A stretch of DNA of 64,000 nucleotides, taken from NCBI GenBank assembly GCA_001643675.2, contig LSRY02000031.1:1116001-1180000 (forward strand), written 5' to 3'. A program made the position numbers and the translations under genes. Positions 21,898 to 35,263 of this stretch are shown here, in pieces; position 1 is the stretch's first letter; the number at the start of each line of letters is the position of its first letter. The notes beneath the pieces are model-generated. The model saw only the letters and a list, made by a program, of their open reading frames with translations, did not search any database and had not been told where the DNA came from. Origin of the DNA: Monocercomonoides exilis PA203. Its lineage: Eukaryota > Protista > Preaxostyla.

Positions 21898-24629
21898 CTA
21901 TAATTTCTTCTTGGACATTCTTCCTTTCTTTTCTTTTAATTTACTATGCTTTTCCTCCTTTTCTTTTTCAATATGTTCCTTCATGGAACTAACAGATGTT
22001 CGTAATGCGTCTTGTTCTAAAGTCCCTTCCTCTTCTCCTTCTCCTCCTTCACCTTCACCTTCACCTTCACCTTCACCGGCTGTCTGTTCTAATTCTTCTG
22101 CATCAACCACTGCATCGAGTGGATCAACATCGGGTATTCCACGTGCTGCTCGCAATTCGATAGAAAATGCATTGGAAAACAGATCCTCTTCTGCCATTGC
22201 TTGTTGGTCAGCCATCTGAAATAGAAAAAGGAAAAGAAAAAAATGGGAGGAAGAGGAGGAAGATGAAGAAGAAAGAAGAAGAAACATAAAGTGTAATTAT
22301 AAAAATTCAATGATTGATTGGAATAAAGCATTTCATTTGAAGAAAAGATTGAATAATGCAGTTTATAATGAAACAACAGGGGGAATAAATATAAATGAAA
22401 AAATGAAGAAAAAAGAAATTAATAATAAAAAATAAATAAATAAATAAATAAATAAAATTTCTCATCCAGCAAGCACACCAATTGCAGCACAGCCGGCAGC
22501 CATCTCCCTCTCTCTTTCTTTGCTCTGATGTCTTCTCTCTGCAGCTCACTTCGGCTGAGCTGCTCGTGTGCTCGTTGAGCATCTGCTGCTTTGCGGGCTT
22601 CGAGACGCTCTTGTGCTTTCTGCTGGGCTTGGCGCATGAGATCTGAGAGAAATAGGAGAGGGAAGGAGAGAGGAGAGAGGAGAGAGGAGAGAGGAGAGAG
22701 GAGAGAGGAGAGAGGAGAGAGGAGAGAGGAGAGAGGAGAGAGGAGAGAGGAGAGAGGAGAGAGGAGAGAGGAGAGAGGAGAGAGGAGAGAGGAGAGAGGA
22801 GAGAGGAGAGAGGAGAGAGGAGAGAGGAGAGAGGAGAGAGGAGAGAGGAGAGAGGAGAGAGGAGAGAGGAGAGAGGAGAGAAGGTAAAAGGAAAAAAAAG
22901 AAAAGAGAGTGTTTTTATTGCAGTTAAAAAGAAGATTATTATAATAATAATTTTGCCATTAAAAAAGAAAAGAAAAGAAGCTTTCAAAGACAAACCAGCA
23001 GCCAAAGAGCGAGCGGTTTTCTTCTTTTCGATCTTTTCTGTGACTGAATTTTGCAGCCACGGCAGAAAAGTTGACTCAATTTGGTGTTTTGTGACAGTTG
23101 TGAATGGAATGGTTGAAGTGGAAGAGGAAGAGGAGGAAGAGGAAGAAGATGAAGCTGAAGAAGAGGAAGAGGAAGAAGAAGAAGAAGAAGAAGCAATTTG
23201 TGTCGCATGCTGATGAAACTTCTTCTGTGCAGCGATTCGAAGTGAGAGCATCTGCAATTGAAAATTTTATAAAATAAAATAAAAATAAATAGAAAATATC
23301 GATTAATCCACGATACACAGAGGACAATTGTGCAATGCAATAATCTCTCTGAAATAAAAAAAGCATTCAACGATTCAACACTCACTCTTTCTCTGTCTTT
23401 CTTAATTATTGTCTCCTCTTTTTTTTCTCTCTCTCTCTATCAATCAAACTGATATTCTTGCTTTGTGTTGCGACTGGATTCTCTTCTGAAGAACTGCTGA
23501 ATGAAGCATTTCTGCCTCTCTTTGTCTCTCTCTCCGCTCAAATTCCTGTTCTCTGCGCTGTGCTGAGTCTTCCCACCTCTCATTCTCAACAAGCTCTGCA
23601 TTCCGAAGATGCTCATAGTTGTCCTTAATAATAATAATAGTTATAATTATGATTAATAATTATAATTGTTGAATTTTTGTGTGAAGAAATTCAGAAAAGA
23701 AGAATATGATTGTAGTAAATAATTCCATAAAATAAATGGAAAAAAAATTATTGGAAGTAAAACCCTTCTTTCTCTCAATCTGGCCAGCTGAATGTCTTCT
23801 TCAAGTTCCAAATCAGCTTGCTGCAATGCTCTTCCAACCAAAATCTCTATAAATGGAACGACTTCATAATCAAAATCAAATAGTTCTTTGTCGTCCGTTT
23901 GTGTTGATTCATCTTGTCCGTATGGTGGAGGAACATATTCAGGCGTTGGTGGACGTTCAATTGGCGTTGGGGTAAGTTCGTCTCCTGGAATGATTTCATA
24001 AACATCATCTTCAAGCTCATTGTTGTTAGTCTCCATCTCGCGTGAAGATGATAATGAAGAAGAAACGGATTGTCTCACAGCATTTCGCTCAACTTTTTGC
24101 GTAAGAGAAGCTTATTATGCAGTTAATGAAATTTACAAATGTTTCATTTAATCAAAATTAAAATTTAAAAAAATATTACTAACATTTTCCGGTTGTTGAA
24201 GGCGAGCCTCTTGAACGAACATTGAGATTTGACTTTGGTTTCGTTGTTGAAGCCACTTTGCTACTGCGTGTCGCAAGAAATGAAGGTTGTTGCTTTCGTT
24301 CTGGTGCTTGGTGAACGAAAGATTTTTCGTGCAATTCTACGGGCTGAAATTTTGCAAAATATTTTGAAAAATAATCAATTCTTTAAAATCATATTTTCCA
24401 TACTCTTGAATAAGTGTTTCCTCGATAGATACGAGGATCACTCATCATATTTTTTGGTTTTCTGGAATTTGAAAATTTTTAGCGTTTGTCATGAAGAAAA
24501 AATATAACAAAAATAAAAAATTCTTGAAAATAAATTTCAATGAATATACTCATCGGGATTACGATAAGGAGCGAATCCTCCCACGGACCGCTTTGAACCT
24601 GAAGGTATTTGATTACTCATTGAGCCCAT
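21898..24629 (-). CDS. RSPH3: Flagellar radial spoke protein 3 (multi-exon)
   Basis: NMMSDPRIYRGNTY (about 24410-24450) and ERPPTPEYVP...STQTDDKELFDFDYEVVPFIEILVGRALQQA match the RSP3 family signature. These are followed by coiled-coil exons and IESTFLPWL. The start ATG at 24629 and the internal boundaries are approximate. Confidence 0.85.
22665..22880. repeat. (GAGAGGA)n 7-bp tandem repeat in an RSP3 intron
   Basis: About 30 perfect tandem copies. They read as a pure pyrimidine tract just upstream of the 3' splice site on the coding (-) strand. Confidence 0.92.
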
Positions 24630-24972
24630 ATTTAATTTTATCATCGAAATGAAACATCTTTGTTCAAAAACATTGCACTGTTGTGACAAGTTACTTATCC
24701 GACATTTGTGATCTGTTCTAAATGGAAAAGTGAATAAAAAAATGAATGGATTGATCTATCCATTATTAAAGTGTTGATTATTGAGTAAATTCTTTTGATG
24801 GAACCAGCGAAAAACACGTTTGTCATTTTTCTTTTTTTGAAATGCTTAATAGCATTCTTATGTATTTGTTATTGACAAATGTTATGATCTGCGAAACTCT
24901 TCTTTTTGAAATAAATTTTTCTCCGTCTTGTCAATCCCCTTCGTTTGTCCATTTTGAAATGCTTGAATTTGT

Positions 24973-27510
<2,538 letters not shown>

Positions 27511-27964
27511 ATCTTTCAATATATATATTTTTTTGGCAAAAAAATTAATAATTATAATTTTTTTTATAAAAAAGAAAGAATTGAAAAGAAAAAGAAATAT
27601 ATAAATTTAATAACTGTTTGAGGGTGCGCGTGGAGGTGATAATTGTTTTTGTTCTATTTTGCAAACTTGTGGTTTTCCACATTGTTAATACGCAAATACT
27701 TTTTTGGATGCTTTTCAAACTGTTGAATTGAAATTGAATATTGTGATACTTTCATCATACATTTGGGCTTTTTTTTTCTTTTTAAGCGAAAGAAGGGGGA
27801 AAATAAATATTTTTTTAAAGTAGTTTCCCAATTAAAGTTTTATATGGAATAAAAACGAAAATAAATTGAAAACAAAAATAACTCAAAATTTGTAACTGAA
27901 ATAACAATACGCAAAATTGAAATAAATATGAAAACGAATGATTTGAAAACGCATGAAGAGTGTC

Positions 27965-28604
27965 TCACGTGCAATGAGTCACTGTTTTACAGTTTCCATG
28001 AGAATCACATTTTTTCGTTGAAACGCATTTTTTTCCAAATTTGCTTGCTTTATCAAAGCTTCCAAAAGGGAAGCTAGATCCTCCAAAGTTAAATTGCGAA
28101 CCTCCAAAAGAAAAATGAAATCCACCGAAATCAGCAAACGGATTTCCATTTCCAAATGGATTCCATTCTGAAAATGAATTTTCTTCTGAAAATGAATTTA
28201 TTTTTTCTGTTGATCCCGTTGCATCATATTGTTGACGAGAAGTAGGATTTGAAAGTACTTCATAAGCTTCGCATGATGTATTCAAAAATGTAATTTTAAG
28301 TTTTATATGAATGAATAAATTTTCGCAGAAAAAACAAAAACGAACAAAAAATATATCATAAAAAGAAAATAATTAACAAAAAAAATTAAAGCAAACCATT
28401 TCCTATTTCTGCAAATTTCTCATTTGCATGCGGGTCATCCTTGTTTCTATCTGGATGCATTTTCAAAGACAATTTCCGATAAGCTTGTTTAATCTCAGCT
28501 TGAGACGCTGTTTTTGGAACACCCAATACTTTATAAAGATCTTTTTTCTTTTCCGCTCTTGAAAGCCCAAATAATAAAACAAAAAGAAGTAAATTAACAA
28601 GCAT
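27965..28604 (-). CDS. ER-luminal J-domain co-chaperone (ERdj4/DNAJB9-like), 2 exons
   Basis: Signal peptide [17 protein letters not shown], then the J-domain DLYKVLGV...HPD...FAEIGN|AYEVLS, split by an intron at about 28268-28397. A G/F-rich linker and a short Cys-containing C-terminus follow. Confidence 0.88.
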
Positions 28605-28840
28605 AAAATTACTGTAAAATAAATGCTTGTGATCTTATCCTGCAATAGTTTTATTGATGTTAATAAAAAATGTGATGAATGATTAATGACAAAACTTTTA
28701 TGTTCACAAACAATAATAATAAAATAATTTTATGAATATTTTTCTTTTAACCATATTTATATTTTGATGTTTGTTTTTGTTATTTTGTTTATAATTTTGT
28801 CTCTGATGCATCTATTAAACTAATTTTTCAAGATAAAAGC

Positions 28841-29969
28841 ATGATTGTTTTATTGTTTTTGATAGGGATATGTAATGCGTTGTATCGAATTGACGGACGT
28901 GAATACGACTTGACAAATCTTGCAAAATCTGGGTTTGTTACGCAATCATTTCTATGATTCTTAAATTTTAAAACGTATTCAGAACAGACTATTATAAATA
29001 TTCAGTTAATGATTCAACAGTTTTCTGGAACTTTCGTTCTGCAGTCAATCCACAAAAAATTGACTCTTGCTCAAATGAGGAGCAAACTTTTGTGGCATTA
29101 CAGGTCAAAAATGCTTCAAATCCCACGCATCTCAAAAATGCAGAGCAATGCTGGCCGATTGCTCATACATTACCGGAACGAGTTGAAGTCATTGGAAAAC
29201 ATGAAGGACTTCATTTTTATTGTATGTTATTGTGCCTTTTATATATTTTCATTTTATTTTGCTTTAAGATCATCACAACAGTGGAAATGGAGCATTTCAC
29301 ATATATCTCCGCTGCAATAAGAAGAAGCTGAGCATCGTTGGTTCAAAAATGTTTGGAGGGATATTTTTATTTGTTTTTATTTTTAACTATTTGAAACATG
29401 CACTATTGAAGATCCGAAGATGAGTGGAGTGTCGATTTTAACACGAAAAATGGATGCCCACTTCCCATTCCATTAAGCTTTGGAAGTGTTGCTCTGATCG
29501 TATTATCTTGTCTTCTTGCTCTTTATCTACTTGTTGGTATTTTCATACAAGTATGTCTGCTGCTTCGTTTTGAATTAAATAATTATGTTTTGTTTTAATT
29601 TTTTTTTTAAACTCATAGGCCGTGTTACATGGAAAGAGAGGACTAAAAATGCTTCCCAATTGGGAATTCTGGTCAATGTTGCCTGGGTTGGTGATGGTAT
29701 GCTTATTTTTTAGAATTAATGAACAATTTATTTGAATGACAATAATGTTTTCTTATGAATATTACATATTTTTTCTTGATAAAAATGTTAAAAAAAAATT
29801 TCTAACATTTTATTTTTATTAGGACGCATTTCGATTTATGTTCTCGCCTTGCTTTGGAAAACGCAAAGATTATGTGGATATTGATAAAAATGCAACTCCA
29901 ACACAAAATGTCCCTCCTTCAACAAATCCATATGATACAGCAGAAAGTGCTGAAATACATTCTTTATAA
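28841..29969 (+). CDS. Cation-dependent mannose-6-phosphate receptor / ATG27-like type I membrane protein (about 6 exons)
   Basis: MIVLLFLIGICNA signal, then IDGREYDLTNL, YYYKY..VFWNF, F.FNTKNGCP, a TM segment LSFGSVALIVLSCLLALYLLVGIF, and GKRGLKMLPNWEFWSMLPGLVMDAFRF, typical of the M6PR/ATG27 juxtamembrane region. A YVDI tyrosine sorting motif is in the tail. Confidence 0.8.
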
Positions 29970-30209
29970 ATATTGAATCGAATAAAACAAATCTAACAGT
30001 AGTTTATGGTTGGTAATCAATAAATTTCGAAAATTTGCAAAAATCATGAAGTAATTCTTCTCTCATTTGTATATATTGCGCTTATCTTTAAAAATTGTTG
30101 CTTCTCATTATGTATATATAAAGGCTTAAAGTCTGCATCTTTGCATTCATTTCATTTTCATTTTAACATATCCAAGATGTTCGCATGTCTCCTTTCGTTT
30201 TGGCTTAAA

Positions 30210-30829
30210 TCATTCGAGCATTGCTTTTTCGTACATTTCCTCTGAAATAGGTTTCTTTGGGATACATCCCATTGCTTCGCCAAGGCAAGCAGCAAGTTGA
30301 TGTTTACACTTGTTATTTTATTTAATGAAAAGTTTTAATAAAAAACAAATTAAAAAACCAACAAAATAAATTAAAAGATGGACTTCAAACTAACGGTGAT
30401 TCCTGCCTTAATATAACAGAAAACATAAATGACGGGCATGTGCAAAAATGAGTGAAACACAAATATTCTTCATTTTTCCCTTCCATCTGATTGAAATTTT
30501 TTAAATTTTCGTATAACAATTTAAGTAATGCAAACCTGATAAAATGATCTTCCTGAAGGGGCTAATAATTCTGTTATTTTACCTTCTTCTAATATTGTTA
30601 ATGCCTCCTGTGCAATTTTCTTGAAAATAAAGTAAAGCCTTTAAGTTTTAAATAAAACGAAGCAATCATATGTGATTTTGTCACAAATAACAAGTGAAAT
30701 AAAAATAATATTGATATCTCTGAAGAAACAATGAATAAACCCCAAAAGAATCTCATTTGTTAAACATCCATCATTCTCTTTAATTTGTTGAAATAATGCT
30801 CTTGCCGCAATTCCTACGATTGAATTCAT
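30210..30829 (-). CDS. ZSWIM7: SWIM zinc-finger protein 7 / SWS1 (Shu complex, homologous recombination), multi-exon
   Basis: Spliced product MNSIVGIAARALFQQIK...LTNEILL..AQEALTILEEGKITELLAPSGRSFYQ|MEGKNEEYLCFTHFCTCPSFMFSVILRQESPL|CKHQLAACLGEAMG. This shows the CxC...CxH SWIM motif and the PSGR motif of ZSWIM7. Confidence 0.85.
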
Positions 30830-30943
30830 AATTGCTATAATAGGTATCGAACGTTTGAAAGAAATTTGTTCTTTACAAGAAAAGCACACAAAAATAATTA
30901 TTCGACAAAAATCATAAAAGATTTTATGGGGCAAATATTATGA

Positions 30944-32046
30944 ATGGCACAAAGTGATTTTCAGCTTACAAAGAAGATAAGAGAGGATTTTGAAAAAGCC
31001 AAAGAGTGTGAAAACTTTTAATGATAATTTTTTGTTTTGATATCGTAAATATATTAGATTTGCTGAAGTTTGTGAATCCTATTTTTGTGATAATATTTAG
31101 CTTTTTTGAAGAGTACTCATAAAGAAGATATTGATTGGATAAAATCCAGAGTTTCATTGGTTGTTTCCTCTATTATGTGAGTAAGTGTTCATGATTGTTC
31201 GGCTAGACCGAGGATTTTGATGATTTTTTTGATAATTACATTTATGTTATCATAGCTTCAGGATTCAGGTTTATGCGTATATTTCTTTTTTTAACTTTAA
31301 ATTATGTGCAATTTTCTATTTTGAAAATGATTTTAGAGCCATGGTTGCTGCGAGAATTTCAAAAAAGTTATTTGAATGCAAAGGAGATATGGACAAAATG
31401 AGAGAAATTTTCAAAAACGAGAAAAAACTTCAGGCCATTAAGGATGTGTGGGATATGAAAAAGGATTGGTCTAAAATAAGATCTGTTTGCTGTTTATTAT
31501 CATATAAATACAGATATTTCCAAACTTAGACAATAACTGATGTAGATTCATTAAAGCAATTTCCACGAATTGGAGATATTGTTAAATATCATCTTGCTCG
31601 TAACATTGGTTTATCTACATCTTGTTTTATTTTGTTTATTGTAAAATTTTTGAATGTTTTTTTTTCTAAAAAAAAACGGGATAATTCAGGATTAATAAGC
31701 TGTGGAAAGCCAGATGTTCATCTTGTTAGATACTGTGAAGGTTATAATTGGTTTGTGATTTTATATAATAGAAGGCATTGAACTATTTTAATTTTGCAAT
31801 ATTGAAAAAACACTTCAAGTGATGATCCTCATGTTCTGATTAATGCATTATCAAAAGAAGTTTGTTGAATTTTTCGTTTCAAAAAGAAGGTATATATAAA
31901 GATTATTTGTAAAAATTTTTATATATCAAATAAAACAGGTGAACCTTCTGCCTGGAACTGTAGATTTTATACTTTGGATTTGGCTCAGCCATGGAAAAGG
32001 AACAAAAAAAGCTGCATGTTGCAATGGGGGATATCCTCTTCGATAA
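30944..32046 (+). CDS. HhH-GPD superfamily DNA glycosylase-like protein (Ogg2-like), about 8-9 tiny exons
   Basis: Spliced product: ...EDIDWIKSR..FFDNYIYVIIASGFR|AMVAARISKKL...|TITDVDSLKQFPRIGDIVKYHLARNI|GLISCGKPDVHLVRY...|VNLLPGTVDFILWIWLSHGKG. It has a helix-hairpin-helix (FPRIG), then HxxRNxG, DxH and DxxxW motifs. Confidence 0.72.
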
Positions 32047-32184
32047 ATTTAAGTATTCAAAAAATGCTACTTTATTCTTTTTTTTTTTAATATAATAAAA
32101 TATTTATTGATTTTTGTATAGTGAGTAATGGTAGAAAAGATTTTTTTTTTAATTTTTTATGTATATTTGGAGCAAAATTCTATC

Positions 32185-32220
<36 letters not shown>

Positions 32221-32305
32221 TTTTACTATCGTATCATTTCAAGTCTCACATTCTTATGGAGGAAAACATTCATAAAAATCAAAAATTATTGAACAATATT
32301 TGATA

Positions 32306-32627
32306 CACCAAAAATAACTCTAAGTCGAAAACTTTCATTCAAAGTCGAAAAAATTGCAAACGAAATCGAAAAACTTTCAAGAAAAGTCGGAAGTTAGAAA
32401 ATTTTCAAAATTTCGACAAGTTGACAAAATTCAATAAAAGTCAAAAAACATTTTTGTTGTTGAAACATCAACGATACTTATTATTTTAATGATTTTTCAT
32501 CGCTTTTTCAATATGTTTTTGCGCTTCCTTTTGTTCGAGTGCAAATTTATAAACATGAGAAGAATTCTGACATAATCTTTTCTCATTTCAATTGAATGTA
32601 CACTTCTTTTCAGAAAATTTTACAAAT

Positions 32628-32670
<43 letters not shown>

Positions 32671-34814
32671 GGAACCAATTTTCTGAAGAATGATGAGTGC
32701 AGTATTGGCTATCTTTTTTAGTGTTTTTTTATCATTAAATTCTCATCTCTTTCAAAATGAAGCAAATGTTTTAAGTCAAGTTTCGAATCGATAAAAAAGT
32801 TTATGTTTGGTTCGATATTGTCAAAATTTGCAGAAAACTTATTCACAAATATTGTGAAAAATATTTGGGATATTCTTTTTTAAAATTATAACTTTTTTCG
32901 CGGTGTTAATTTTTGTAAGGTTATTAGTAGGGTCAACTTTTTAATGGGGCTTTTTCTTTTATTGGCACTTTTTTTTTGTTTTTGCATGCCAGTCATTCAA
33001 TAAAACTTAATGAACCACAACACTCGGGCGAGGGTGTTTATAAAACAAATCCATTAAATTACAGGTTTGTTTTTTAAATTTTGTTTAATTTTCGTAGAGA
33101 TATGTGTGATTATATTTGAAATCAAATTTTTTCATTCAAAAATTTCAGTAAAAATATATTTCTGAAATATCAAATAAAGAAGTTGAAAAGTGAATAGGCT
33201 TATTGAAGACATTTTATTCTTTGATTTAAAAGAACCATTTGTTTTTAAAAACATTTATCATGCTTTTTTACTTTTGAAAAACAATTTTCTTTTATAAAGC
33301 TGACAATCTTTGAAAACTGATACCCCGAAAAAAGTTATGATTTCAAAAATAATCACCCATATAGCAATTTTTTATTTATTTTGAAGTGACTTTTTTCAGC
33401 CGAGGAAGCATTTCACAAAAATAAGAAATCCATTTTTAAAATCTACTAGCATTATCCTTTTTATATTCAAAATCTTAAGTTTAACAACTTGTTTTTTCTT
33501 TATTTTTTCACATTTCAATTTTATATCAACATGCGAATACAATTTTGAAAATTTCTTTGTTATTAAAATGAAGTGTTAAAAATAAAAATATGATATTATA
33601 AATACACACTCTTATTGAGAAGTGTGAAAAAGGTTGAACATAAAAACTTTCTATTTGCATCAAACAAATGAATGGTCACAACATTGAATGATCTGAGATC
33701 AAACTTATTCTATTTTGATGTGTTTGATGCAAATAGAAAGTTTTTATGTTCAACCTTTTTCACACTTCTCAATAAGAGTGTGTATTTATAATATCATATT
33801 TTTATTTTTAACACTTCATTTTAATAACAAAGAAATTTTCAAAATTGTATTCGCATGTTGATATAAAATTGAAATGTGAAAAAATAAAGAAAAAACAAGT
33901 TGTTAAACTTAAGATTTTGAATATAAAAAGGATAATGCTAGTAGATTTTAAAAATGGATTTCTTATTTTTGTGAAATGCTTCCTCGGCTGAAAAAAGTCA
34001 CTTCAAAATAAATAAAAAATTGCTATATGGGTGATTATTTTTGAAATCATAACTTTTTTCGGGGTATCAGTTTTCAAAGATTGTCAGCTTTATAAAAGAA
34101 AATTGTTTTTCAAAAGTAAAAAAGCATGATAAATGTTTTTAAAAACAAATGGTTCTTTTAAATCAAAGAATAAAATGTCTTCAATAAGCCTATTCACTTT
34201 TCAACTTCTTTATTTGATATTTCAGAAATATATTTTTACTGAAATTTTTGAATGAAAAAATTTGATTTCAAATATAATCACACATATCTCTACGAAAATT
34301 AAACAAAATTTAAAAAACAAACCTGTAATTTAATGGATTTGTTTTATAAACACCCTCGCCCGAGTGTTGTGGTTCATTAAGTTTTATTGAATGACTGGCA
34401 TGCAAAAACAAAAAAAAAGTGCCAATAAAAGAAAAAGCCCCATTTAAAAGTTGACACTAATTGAGAAATGATGTTGTGTTAAAACGTTTCATTCAACACA
34501 ACTATTTCAAGAACAAATGTTTTTCCTTTTTCCAAGATGAAAATTTTTCAACACATCTTTTTTCTTTTTTGTGGTTATTTGCCAATATTCAAAGAAAATT
34601 ATTCATATCGAGAATTATGAATAAAAAAATATCATTTCAAAAATAATCACACATTTTTATAATAAAAAAACAAACATTTTCTTCTCTTGAATTATCTTTA
34701 TTAAACATTTATTTTTCATTAATAGAATTTCGATTTCGATTGAAAGTTTTTTGATTTCGTTTAAAAGTTTTTCGATTTAATTGATTGATTTTCAACTTTG
34801 AATAATTTTTGGTG
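32306..34814. mobile_element. Old degenerate inverted-repeat element enclosing the large palindrome
   Basis: 32306-32380 aligns without gaps to the reverse complement of 34740-34814 at 56/75 positions (hand count). The arms are built from roughly 20-22-bp subrepeats of the type AATCGAAAAACTTT. Confidence 0.55.
32932..34455. repeat. 1.5-kb palindrome / foldback element: 735-bp inverted arms, 54-bp spacer
   Basis: Left arm 32932-33666 is the reverse complement of right arm 33721-34455, with spacer 33667-33720. The only mismatches seen are at the outer tips. It extends to TA...TA at 32928/34459 with one more mismatch. Non-coding. Confidence 0.95.
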
Positions 34815-35263
34815 AAATGGGACAATATTTTTGCAATTATGAAAAAAACTGAGATTTGTTCAAAACTTTTTCTCCAAACTTATCATTATAAATCTTTCAT
34901 TTCCATGTCAAAAAAATATAGAAAAATTCTAAATTTGAGAAAAAATGTTTATATGAGTTGAATGGAACAAAATTCAGAAAGCAAAAAATTTCATCCCAAA
35001 TATTTATCAAAAAAGGATTAGATCAACATTTTATTTTGATAATCTCTAAAGGAAACATAACATTGAACAAAACAAATCTTGTCCACATCCTATTACGTGC
35101 TCTTTCGATAAAATTTTTAACTAATAATTTAACAAATTATATGATTTTTCATTTATAAGCTTTTTTTGAAATATTTAATGGATCTAACCTAAAGTTGATT
35201 TTTTCTTTTTGAGATCATATTGTTTTTTGTTATTTGTGGTATTAAACGGAACTGCAAATCACA

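Noticed and set aside
22307-23257. 316-aa ORF with (LSSLLSP)n repeat
   Set aside because: It is read-through of an RSP3 intron containing the 7-bp microsatellite, not a separate protein.
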